Below, one piece after another: positions 1-10,100 of a stretch of DNA of 64,000 nucleotides. Numbering within the stretch: position 1 is the stretch's first letter; the number at the start of each line of letters is the position of its first letter. Source of the stretch: a virus; IMG/VR virus record IMGVR_UViG_3300045988_039444; one strand, written 5' to 3'. The position numbers and the translations under genes were made by a program. The notes beneath the pieces were generated by a model. The model did no database searches. It was given only the letters and a program-made list of their open reading frames with translations, and was not told where the DNA came from.

Positions 1-1
1 A

Positions 2-703
2 AAATATGATTATCTTGTTTCGCAGATAGAAGAGAATGACGGCGAGATAACGGAAGAAATTGCAGAAGAATTAGCTATTGCTGAAAGTGAACTTGAAGAT
101 AAACTTCGTGCTTATCGACAAATAATTGATGCTCAAAAAGCTAATATTGCTTATAATAAAGATGAAATCAAACGACTTCGTGATAGGAATGTAAGTTTTG
201 ATAAAATAGCTGGTAGACTTAAATCTTCAGTTGTTGATGCTTTACATATATTTGGTCAAGTTGGTAAATCTGGTAATTATAGTCTTAAATTTCCTGATTT
301 TACTGTTTATACAAAAGAGTCGGAAAGTGTTTCAATTAATGAAAATGCCTTAGACCCTATTGTTACTTCATTACTTCATATAACAGAAGCACCTCTTTCG
401 CCGGAAGATAATATTTTCGTTGAGAAACATAAAGAAGAATTAGATAAGATTGCTTCTATTAGTATTACAGTTGATGTTCCTATTAGTTTAGCAAAAGAGG
501 TAGGTAAATATATTCATGATAAATTAGGTGATGATTATATTTATACTGTTAAATTTGATAAGAAAGCTATTAAGGAACTTGATAATTGGGCTAAGGCATC
601 CAGTGAATCTGACGAAGATATTGCTCGTGCTGAACGAATAGCTCATGTTATGGATAAAATTGATATGGAGATTGTTACGTCTGAAACTGCTATATATAAG
701 TAG
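2..703 (+). CDS. Partial CDS (3' part; start upstream of window). Acidic coiled-coil protein, function unknown; sits in the replication/nucleotide-metabolism-side module.
   Basis: Frame 2 stays open from position 2 to TAG at 701-703. Codon usage is typical of the window. Heptad-like charged sequence (…ELEDKLRAYRQIIDAQKANIAYNKDEIKRLRDRN…). Absent from the ORF track only because it has no Met within the window. Confidence 0.5.
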   Translation, partial: KYDYLVSQIEENDGEITEEIAEELAIAESELEDKLRAYRQIIDAQKANIAYNKDEIKRLRDRNVSFDKIAGRLKSSVVDALHIFGQVGKSGNYSLKFPDFTVYTKESESVSINENALDPIVTSLLHITEAPLSPEDNIFVEKHKEELDKIASISITVDVPISLAKEVGKYIHDKLGDDYIYTVKFDKKAIKELDNWAKASSESDEDIARAERIAHVMDKIDMEIVTSETAIYK

Positions 704-736
704 TCTATCATTAAACAAATTAAAATTAATTAAGCT

Positions 737-952
737 ATGAGTAAAAAGTATTTGATTACAAAAGTAATCGCTGGTGAGAAACAAGGTTTTCTTAAAAATG
801 TAACCAAAGATGGTGGAGAGTGGATTAATGACCATAATGAAGCTCTTACATTTTTGAATCTTAAAGATGCTGAAAATGAGAAAGAACTTCTGTTTAGCAA
901 ACTTGGTGCTGAACATAAGGACATTGCTCATATTCGTATTATTGAATTGTAA
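737..952 (+). CDS. Hypothetical protein (71 aa).
   Basis: ORF with ATG 16 nt after a start-proximal AT-rich spacer. Co-oriented and tightly packed with neighbours. Mutually exclusive with two antisense ORFs, which are rejected. Confidence 0.45.
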   Translation: MSKKYLITKVIAGEKQGFLKNVTKDGGEWINDHNEALTFLNLKDAENEKELLFSKLGAEHKDIAHIRIIEL

Positions 953-973
953 TATAAATTAACTAATTTAATT

Positions 974-2086
974 ATGGCTGCGAATATTGAATTTAATTCT
1001 AATAGAAATACTTATTCATTCTATTCGTTGAAAGATGTTCCTTGGCATGGTCTTGGAACTGTCGTTGAAGAAGCTAAAACTCCTGACGAAATCATTCGTA
1101 TTGCTAATATGGATTATGAAGTAGCTTTAGCTCCGATGTTTGCAAGTTTTATTCCTGCTGAAGCTAAACATATAGTAAAAGAAGATAATCATTATGCTTG
1201 TCATATGTCCAATGGTGATGTTATCATTATTCCGGAAAAGGGTGCTCGCGTAAATGATGTATATGCTACATATCGTAAAGATAATTATAAAATTCTTGGT
1301 ATTGTTGGTAGTAGGTATGAACCTGTTCAGAATACAGAAGCTATGGATTTTATATATCAAGTTTGTAAAAGTCAGATGGTAATTAATCCAAAAGATGTTA
1401 TCATTCAGACTGCTGGTGTTTTAGGTATTGGTGAACGAATCTTTGTTACTGCTAAACTTCCTACTTATGAGATTGCAAAAGATGAAATGGAAAAATATAT
1501 CCTTTTCACTACAAGTCATGATGGAAGTGGTAGTATTCAGGCTTGTTTCACTGATATTCGTGTTGTATGTAACAATACGTTAAATGCTGCTTTGAATCAT
1601 TGTAAGAATATGGTTCGATTTAAGCATACTAAAAATGTTAAAGCTAATTTAGCAATAGGTGCTCAAATGATGCGTGACACTCTTAAATATTCTGAACAAG
1701 CTAAGCTGATTCTTGAAGCTGCTGAGAATATTAAGATTAATGATGATGTGATGATTGATTATATCACGGATTTAATTTGTGATGCTAATCAGAAAGAATT
1801 TATTGCTAAATGCGGTGGTATTGGTAAGATTCCTTATGAGAATGATGTTATTTCTACTCGTAAGAAGAATCAGTTACACGCTATGGTTAATTATATTGAA
1901 CGTGGCCCCGGACAAGATAGTCATCGCGGTACAATGCTTTGGCTTTATAACGGTGTTACTTCATATATTAATAATGGAATTGAATATAAAGATAATCTCA
2001 ATAAATTCGATTCTATTACGCAGGGTAATTCTTTCAAACTCGGTCAGACAGCCTTTAATAAATTAGTTCAACGTTTAAGTGCCTAA
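974..2086 (+). CDS. Hypothetical protein (370 aa). Possibly of the phage/plasmid-related (DUF932-like) class; not verifiable here.
   Basis: Long ORF with typical codon usage. The stop overlaps or abuts the next start (2086/2087). No recognisable catalytic motif by eye. Confidence 0.7.
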   Translation: MAANIEFNSNRNTYSFYSLKDVPWHGLGTVVEEAKTPDEIIRIANMDYEVALAPMFASFIPAEAKHIVKEDNHYACHMSNGDVIIIPEKGARVNDVYATYRKDNYKILGIVGSRYEPVQNTEAMDFIYQVCKSQMVINPKDVIIQTAGVLGIGERIFVTAKLPTYEIAKDEMEKYILFTTSHDGSGSIQACFTDIRVVCNNTLNAALNHCKNMVRFKHTKNVKANLAIGAQMMRDTLKYSEQAKLILEAAENIKINDDVMIDYITDLICDANQKEFIAKCGGIGKIPYENDVISTRKKNQLHAMVNYIERGPGQDSHRGTMLWLYNGVTSYINNGIEYKDNLNKFDSITQGNSFKLGQTAFNKLVQRLSA

Positions 2087-2407
2087 ATGATTACAGAAGT
2101 AGTTATATATTCTGATGGTACTGTAAATAGCTTCGATTCTGATAATTGTCAAATTCCAAGTGCTTCTGGTAGTTGGGAAATTATTCCTTTGCTTGCAAGT
2201 TGGGCTTTAGCTCAATATCCAAGTCAATTACCTGAAGAATGTAGAATGACTAATGCCAAATGTTTTATTGGTGTTAGAAAGAAAGGAGGTGACGATAGGA
2301 TGCCAATTCCTATACGTCATCTCCTTAAAATGGCAAAATATATTGGAGAAGAAGGGTATAATATTCGTACCGCAGATGTAAGTCAAATCCCACAATCTGA
2401 AGAATAA
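2087..2407 (+). CDS. Hypothetical protein (106 aa).
   Basis: ORF immediately following the previous stop; co-oriented operon packing. Confidence 0.55.
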   Translation: MITEVVIYSDGTVNSFDSDNCQIPSASGSWEIIPLLASWALAQYPSQLPEECRMTNAKCFIGVRKKGGDDRMPIPIRHLLKMAKYIGEEGYNIRTADVSQIPQSEE

Positions 2408-2413
2408 GATAGC

Positions 2414-3064
2414 ATGAAAGAAAGTCTTATAGGATTGTATGTCGATAACACGGAAGTTCCAGAGTACAAAAGTGCTGGAGCTTCCGGTTTCGATTTACGA
2501 GCCATGTTTAATCCTAATATACCTTCTCTCAATCCTGAGACTGTTGGTAAAATAGGTCTTGGAGATAAGTATATTACATCATATTTATATGATACTCAAT
2601 ATGCTGGTCTTGAATGGGTTATTGATTTTAATACGCTTCATAAATCTATTCGTCATGCAATAAGTCAACCAGTTGAAGGAAATACTCTTCTGGAATATAT
2701 GGTTATAAATAATATTGACGCAGTTAATATCATTCTCCCATATAAAACTGTTAAATTTAAAACTAATATTTATACTGAAATACCTGAAGAAGATGAAATG
2801 CAAATTCGTCCTCGTAGTGGTATTTCGAGTACTACTTTATTAGATATTAAATTTGGTACTGTAGACAATGACTGGCGTGGTAACAGTGGAATTATAGTAC
2901 AAAATCCTACACCTTTTAGTTATATTATTATTCCTAATAGTAGACTTGCACAAGGTGTAATTGTTGAAAAGAAACGTGCAGTATTTGATATTAAATCTTC
3001 TAAAGATGAATTAAGCAAAACTGAACGTGGTGAAAATGGTTTTGGAAAAAGTGGATTAATGTAA
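2414..3064 (+). CDS. dut: dUTP diphosphatase (dUTPase), with an unusually long insert between motifs 1 and 2.
   Basis: All five dUTPase motifs are present in order: SAGASGFDLRA (motif 1, AGxDL); IRPRSGISS (motif 2, PRSG); GTVDNDWRG (motif 3, GxIDxDYRG); RLAQGVI (motif 4); ERGENGFGKSG (motif 5, RGxGGFGSTG). Confidence 0.85.
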   Translation: MKESLIGLYVDNTEVPEYKSAGASGFDLRAMFNPNIPSLNPETVGKIGLGDKYITSYLYDTQYAGLEWVIDFNTLHKSIRHAISQPVEGNTLLEYMVINNIDAVNIILPYKTVKFKTNIYTEIPEEDEMQIRPRSGISSTTLLDIKFGTVDNDWRGNSGIIVQNPTPFSYIIIPNSRLAQGVIVEKKRAVFDIKSSKDELSKTERGENGFGKSGLM

Positions 3065-3067
3065 ATT

Positions 3068-3556
3068 ATGAATAACGAAGAAGTTAAACTCCAAAGTGGT
3101 CAAGGTTATTACATTGGAGTAAAAATGATTAAAGCTCGTAAAGCTTGGATGGTTAATGGTAATGATATTATTTATGACCTTAATCATAAAATTAATGATA
3201 ATGATTTTGTAGATGAAGGTTATGAAGTAGAATATTCTGATGATTATAAATCTTTTTCACCCAAAGATGTTTTCGAGAAAGCATATTATCAGATTTTAGA
3301 CCCTACTAAAATTAGTGAAGGTGATGTTCTTGGATTTATGAAACAAGGGTGTTCTCTTAGACTTGGTGAAAAGACTACCGTTGTTCTTGATACTACTATT
3401 ACTGGATTTGATACCATTGGTACGTCAGCTTGTGTAAATCCTAATAATTACGACCATGCTATTGGCGAAGGTATTGCTCGTCGTGATATTAAGGATAAGA
3501 TTTGGGGACATTTAGGTTTTGTTCTTCAATGGGCTATTAATGGTCTTAAAAGGTAG
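3068..3556 (+). CDS. Hypothetical protein (162 aa).
   Basis: ORF 4 nt after the dut stop; typical codon usage. Confidence 0.6.
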   Translation: MNNEEVKLQSGQGYYIGVKMIKARKAWMVNGNDIIYDLNHKINDNDFVDEGYEVEYSDDYKSFSPKDVFEKAYYQILDPTKISEGDVLGFMKQGCSLRLGEKTTVVLDTTITGFDTIGTSACVNPNNYDHAIGEGIARRDIKDKIWGHLGFVLQWAINGLKR

Positions 3557-3559
3557 TTT

Positions 3560-3826
3560 ATGATTAAGCGACTAAATGTAAAGAAAAATGTTAGATTATT
3601 AAGTGTACAATGGGATGGTGCTAATATCTCAGAATGTGTTAGTTTTTGTAGATATTGTCATTTTTCCGATGGTTGGATGTTTATTATGTTTAGAGAAAAT
3701 ATAATTCGACTTAATAAAGGAGATTGGATTATTGCTTTAACTGATAAAGAATTTACTGTTATTAATAATGAAACATATCAATATCTTTTTGATAAACCGA
3801 AAGATGTTGAAAACGGTGGCGAATAA
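3560..3826 (+). CDS. Hypothetical Cys-rich small protein (88 aa); last gene of the plus-strand block.
   Basis: ORF tightly following the previous one and ending at TAA 3824-3826. Contains a C-x3-C-x2-C-H cluster (CVSFCRYCH). Confidence 0.5.
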   Translation: MIKRLNVKKNVRLLSVQWDGANISECVSFCRYCHFSDGWMFIMFRENIIRLNKGDWIIALTDKEFTVINNETYQYLFDKPKDVENGGE

Positions 3827-3829
3827 AAC

Positions 3830-3890
3830 GTGACAAGTGGGCGTGCAACCTCCTGCCCCACCGGGTCAGCGAAGCCCGAAGGGCTGAGCT
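3830..3890. repeat. GC-rich repeat element, copy 1 (core plus GCCC-GAA-GGGC hairpin). Intergenic, immediately after the plus-strand block.
   Basis: Reads GTGACAAGTGGGCGTGCAACCTCCTGCCCCACCGGG followed by CAGCGAAGCCCGAAGGGCTG. The 30-bp core is identical or near-identical to copies at 28334, 31551 and 51513. Sharp GC spike in an AT-rich genome. Confidence 0.9.
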
Positions 3891-3970
3891 ATCAATGTTA
3901 CAACTTTAATTGCTACTATAATTGTTGTTATTATTAATAACGATATTACTAACATAATAAGTGATACAGA

Positions 3971-4018
3971 CAGACCGTCAGAGTGCCTATTTTCAGGCGT
4001 TCTGACGGTCTTTTTTTT
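3971..4018 (+). terminator. Rho-independent terminator for the plus-strand block.
   Basis: Perfect 11-bp stem AGACCGTCAGA…TCTGACGGTCT with an 18-nt loop, followed by T8 (4011-4018). Confidence 0.7.
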
Positions 4019-4040
4019 GTCAGTTAGACAAATGTACCAT

Positions 4041-4088
4041 TAACAAAAGATAATGCCCGTAGCAGGCTGGGAAGCACCGCCACGGGCA
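4041..4088 (-). terminator. Possible terminator for the minus-strand giant gene (convergent with the previous one).
   Basis: On the minus strand, GCCCGT…ACGGGC (6-bp GC stem, long loop) followed by ATTATCTTTTGTT, just 3' of the stop at 4114. Confidence 0.35.
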
Positions 4089-4113
4089 AATATCCGACGT
4101 TTACTCTATTAGA

Positions 4114-7100
4114 CTATTCGTCCTCGTAGTTATCACTATCTTTCGGACTAATCATTTCTCTAACACCACTAAATGTAATACCAAAAGGATTATACATATT
4201 GTAATAAGACATAGTAGCACCGAGATTATTAAACTTATTAATTTGACGAAGAACAGGAACAGCTTGACGTAATGCAACTGCACGTTTATCTTGTCCCTTA
4301 TAAATACCTCTATCATAAATAAGTTCATCATCATCAACCCAAAGACCTTGAATAGTGAGATTAACAAGTTTATATGCAGATTGTAAAGTTTTCTGACCAG
4401 CAAACAAACTATTTGCAGTTTGTTCTATTGTAGCCATCCAACCAAATACTGGCATAGGTTCAATCATTTGTTGATAATAAGTTGTTGCAGCATACATAGC
4501 GTGCTGATACAAAATATTATCTTCGTCATCATCATCTTTCTTAAATGCACCAAGTGTCATAGCAGCAAGAGCACTGAAAGCTAAAGCACCCATTAAACGA
4601 GCAAATTTCATAGTTGCTATCTGTTCATTTAAAGGAAGAGTATTATAATAGAATCCTACATTAAGTAACCAACTTGATACACCTTTGAAGAAATTACCAA
4701 TACCTTTCATATAGTCGATAACAGTATTGTTATCATTAAGACTATCTTTGAAGGCTTGACTACCACTTCTAAACATATCAAACATAGGATTAAATATAGG
4801 AACTTCATAAGAACCTAATTGTTCATTATAAAATATACGACCGAAACGACGACCGAAATAACGAACAAAGTTAGGACGAACCCATTTCTTAAATTGCATT
4901 AACAAATCACCAAATGCAGCATCTTGTAAACTATTTCTGTCTACACGATTGTAAATACCATGTAATGATTGGTTAATAGCTTTAACTCGACCACGGAACT
5001 CCGAAAGAGTTTCTTCTGTAAGACCACTTTCAGGATTAAAACTCAAACGACCATTTACAAGTTTAAGTTCCGAACGAAGAGTATTATATTTATCAAAAGC
5101 TTCACGTTGAACTTTTTTATCAGTCTTTCGAGAATCAACAATTTTCTTACGTTGTTCATCAGAAAGTAAATTATAATGTGATTTAAGATATTGAGAAGCA
5201 TAATCATGATTCCATAAATACTCTTTTGAAGTACGTTTTTCTTCACGAGCTATCTCAGCATCTAAATCTTCTTTGAAAATAAGATATTTATCATATTGTT
5301 CATTAGTAAGAACATCTTGTAATAACTTTTCAAGATTATCATTATAAAAATCATTGAAAGCCATAATTTTACCACCAACTACTCGATGAGATTGCGTAGC
5401 AGCAAGTAACATACCAAACTGCATAATGAACTCACCCATGTTATTAGGAGCATAACCAACAGTATCAACCATTCGCATAGCTTTAATCCAATAGGAAGTT
5501 CCAGTATCAGAAGATGTTACATCACGAGTATCTTGATAAATATCATCAAAGTCTTTAATGATTGCTACAAGTATATCATCAGTTCTTGTCGAATTAATAT
5601 CGCGTAAGAAATGAGGAATAGTTTTAATAACATCACGAAGACCTGATTTCATAATATCTTTGCTTTCAACAAAGTTATTAGCAGTAGATTCAACTATCAT
5701 ATCAGTAACACCTTTGAGAATATTAGTGATACCGGCAGTATAGTTGAGATACATGAAAGTCATAGAAGTATAACGTAATAATGCACCGGCAGAAACATCG
5801 AGAGCACTATTATATTTACTAAAATTAAAAATACGACGTTCCATATTATTTAACTGTTCATTCGCATTTTTAATAATATCACGAGGTGCTACACCAGAAA
5901 CTCCACGTTCATTCATTAAATATTTCGTAAGCTGATAATCAGTTTCAAAATTATTAATTGCACGAAGATTATAAAGTTCTTGTGTAAAACCTTTCATTAC
6001 ATCAACAATATCATAAGACATCACATTTGCTTTATACTTTTTATTTTCAAGCATTACAGCATCGTTATAATGTCTAATCTCACGAAGAGTTGAAGGTTTA
6101 ACTGTAACAGGAAGTTTGTTATTTTTATCAAACCATTCACTAAACAATTCTACAATTCGAGCTTCGTATTCAGTATAACTTTCAGATTTGTACTTTTTAC
6201 GAATATTAAATACAGGAATATGTTTAGGAACTTGTAAAGTTTGAGCTTTTGTAACAAATCGTTTAGTACCATCAATGTCAGTATAATACCTATCTTTATG
6301 AATCATAGGAATACTAACAAATTGTTTAGCAGATTGACCTAATGTAGCTTGAGGAATGAAAGGCATTACCTCATCCCATCTACCATAATAGTTAATCCAG
6401 TTACCGTCATATTCACGAATAGTTCGTTGAATAAGATTACGAATAGTATTGAGTAATTTTTGTTCTTTATCACTTAAAGCTGCATATTCATCTGATACTG
6501 GGGTATTACCAAAATCAAGTTTATAAAGAACGTTTTCACGCTTACCACTAATATCAGTAATAAGACTAAGTTCAATAAGGTCGTGAGTTTGTAAATAAAC
6601 AAGTTTCTCACGATTACTTAATTCAGTAAGTTCAGCAAGATGTTTAGCTGCTTCATTATCATTTAATGGAACAATGTTCCAAGTGTGATTTTCGTTATAT
6701 TTCTTTATAATATCATCAACGATTTCAAGAGTTTTTTCAGCAGTAGCCCTTGTAACAAATCCACTGTCAGTATAGAGATTCTGATAAATAGCATCACGAA
6801 TATCTTTTCGTAAAGTACCAGTCGAATCTCCAAGACCTTCAGTTTTATAACTACCGATTAAATCTCCATATTCATTAATGAATTTGTGCATTAACTTTTC
6901 ACGAGCACGAGCATTTTTAGAAAGTCCCGGTTGGAACTCTTCAAGTGCACTTTCAAGTTCATCATTAATGCGTTGAGCTGCTTTCTTAGCTTTATAATTA
7001 GCTTCATCCCATGCTTTACCAGTAATATCAATCAGAGTAATACCAGTTGTAAAAGCAGAATCAAGCCAAAGTTGTGTCTTATTAATATCTTTATCAAGTT

Positions 7101-10100
7101 CAAATAACAAATGCTGAATTTCTAACCATTCATCTTCTGTTATTTCAACACTATTAACATCAAATCCTTCAAGGCTACCATTATGTGAAGCAAGATACTC
7201 TTTAATCTTACTAAACGCGGTAATATATTTAGGATTACGGCTCTTATCAATTACAGCCCAAGTTACCACATCTTTAACAGATTGAATAACATTAGACCGT
7301 ATTCCAGCAACTTTTGTTGCAAGAGATTTAAGTCGAGCTATATTATTATTTAATTCACCAAATTCTTTAGTAAATAATTCTTTACCTTCTTCACTTTCAG
7401 CGTCATAAACTGTATCTTGAATTTTTATTTCTTCAAGTGTAAGATATGGACTAAAATGAGAAGCAAGTTTTAACATCATTACAAGTCTATCTTTGTAATC
7501 AAGAGCCGCACCATAATTTGAACGAATCTCTTCATAATTCAAATCCTTAGTAATAGCCCACAATTGCTTAATAGCATCATAAACAGAACTACTCAAATTA
7601 GCCAAACGACTATAAGTAGCTTTCATTGCAGCAATATCTCGTTCTTCAAGAGCACTTTGAATACCACCTTCAAAACTTTCATCATCGAAGGATTTTAAGA
7701 TATTCATAAATTCCTCACGATTTCCAACATTGTTATTATTCAAAAATTTCTGGATTCTATCCATAATTTTCAAAGTTTCAATAGCAATATTAGAATCGAC
7801 AACAAGAGAATTTCGTAAACCATCTCTTGTAGGAACATCAGCATGAACAACACGAGAATATAATTTTTCATTATCACCATAAATATTAATATTCCTACGA
7901 GGAACATCAATATATGTTTCTGCAACTATTCGACCAACACCATCATTTAAGACAGTACTAACCGACGTCATAATGGGATTAATTCTGTAAAGATTACTAA
8001 TAAATGTTTTTGTCCAATCATCTAAATAATTGAAATCTCTATTAGCATCAATCAGAACATCACCATTAATATAAAGATTACCATTCTTTAACATAGGAGC
8101 TATACGAAGAGCTTCTTCGTAAGCAGACTTATTATAATCTACTTGAATTGCAGATTTATGATAACCTTTATAGAAAGAATGAGTTGCTTGTGTAGTAATA
8201 AAAATAGATGTAGCAGAAGATTCTAATTCATTATAAATAACATCGCTTGCAGAAGAATGTGTATGTTCAATATTAATGAATGTAGGAGTAGTAACTTCAA
8301 CTGAATTTAATACTTCAAAATCTGTATCAGATACAGAAGCAACATCAGTATCAATTACATCTTCTGTTTCAGCATCAACAGTGCTATCAATAGCATCTTC
8401 TGTTTCAATCATATTAGCATCATTGAAATCTGAATTTTCATCCATTTGGACTGATTCATTATCATCAATAGCTAACATGAATTTATGAATAGTATCAGAA
8501 TCTATAATAACCGATAATCTATCAGTTACAATAGTTTCACCATCTTTTTGAACTTGTGCCATCATACCTTCTTGATAAGTAGGTATAATACTAATGTCAC
8601 CAGTCATTAAAGACGCTTCATTACGAAGTAAAGGATTAACAGGTAAGAATACATAAATATCTTTTAATGGATTATTAGTATTCGTAGTAATTTTATATCG
8701 TTTATATACACGATTCTTACTACGAGTAATCCTTTCAGTTACATATTCTGCATTAGCATATTCAGAATTAATTAATCGAGCTTCAGTTTCAATATAGAAA
8801 TTCTGAGTATTACCATTTTCGTCAATATAAGAACCAATACCAACATTTTCGCCGTTAGCATTTTGAACATAACCAATAGTAGCTTTATTCTTATTTGCTT
8901 CCCAACGATAACGTTTTTGTATATCACTTAATAATACTGGATTCATATCTGATTTCATACGAGATATTAAACTCATAACAGGTGTAATATCTACATTTCC
9001 ATCAAATACAGCTTTTTCAGCATTTCTTAAATTCTCTGCGTAATTACCAAGATTAACAGAAGGGTCAGGATAATGAACTTCACGGCATAAAGCATCGTAT
9101 TCTGCATTAAGTCGATTAGTACTTATAAGTTCAATCGGAATATATTTTGAAACATTATAAGCATAATTAAAACCTTCTGTAACATAAGTATAAACTAATA
9201 ACTGACGTATCGTATGAGCAATGTAAGGAATTTTACTATCCCACATACGAAGAATACTATCAGTCATATTAGACCAAGAATTGACATCATTATCATCACG
9301 TTGGATTCTAATAACATCATAAGGTACAGAACGATTATTCTTACGAACTGTTAAATACTTAAATATGTTATCGCCTCTAAATTCAGGTGATTTCTCAATA
9401 TAATCTCTTAATGTACTATCTTTTTGAATAAATTGAATTTGTTGAGCAAGTGAAAGTTTAGTGTATTGAGTAAAACTTTCAGGTGTATAACCATCTTTAA
9501 CAGTATTCAAAAGAGTCTTAAAGATAAGTTTTTGTTCTTTAAGTTGTTCCTCTGTATGAATACCTAACGTAGTAAGAACTTCGGGAGTATTATCAGGTGT
9601 TAAAATAGGAAGAACTTTAACAAGTCCATTATCTAATCCACCGTTAATACTTACGAGATAGTTCATAATACTATCAGTAACATATTTATAAGTAGATTCA
9701 TCAATCGAATTTTTACGTTGAAGTATCTGACCTAAAATCGTATTAGTAATGTGATGATTTCGAGTAATGAAAACATCGCCGAAACCATTAGCCATTAACC
9801 AATGTGCATACTGATAACGAGCTTGAATTACTCCGTAAGCACTTTGATTTTCAGTATCATTAAATTTGTTGCCATCAAGATAACCTTCAAATGAACCAAC
9901 AAATATACTTTCAATAATGTCTTTACCATTATCAAGAATTACCTTATTAGGAGTTTCATATCCAACAGCTAAATCCTCAATGAGTTCACGACGTGTCATA
10001 ATATCATTTCGTTTCGGAAGTTCCGCACGAAATCTTTTCATATCAGAATAAGTAATCGCAGCAAGAGGATTACCTTTAACATCTTTTGGTTTATAATGCC

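Noticed and set aside
3891-3970. A tRNA gene in the 287-nt intergenic region (crAss-like phages often carry tRNAs).
   Set aside because: No cloverleaf-compatible arrangement of acceptor, D, anticodon and T-arm complementarity was found by eye. The region is a GC element plus AT-rich spacer plus terminators.
8276-8488. Plus-strand ORFs embedded antisense within the giant minus-strand genes. Examples: 4152..4403, 8276..8488, 11371..11565, 13597..13815, 16420..16698, 20767..21075, 24661..24987, 33399..33650, 49016..49207, 50237..50569, 54850..55434, 57751..58527 and 59143..59841.
   Set aside because: They are short, have low-complexity I/N/F/L-rich translations typical of the antisense frame of AT-rich coding DNA, and all sit inside long, well-packed sense ORFs. 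The same applies to the minus-frame alternatives such as 730..924 and 45500..45934.
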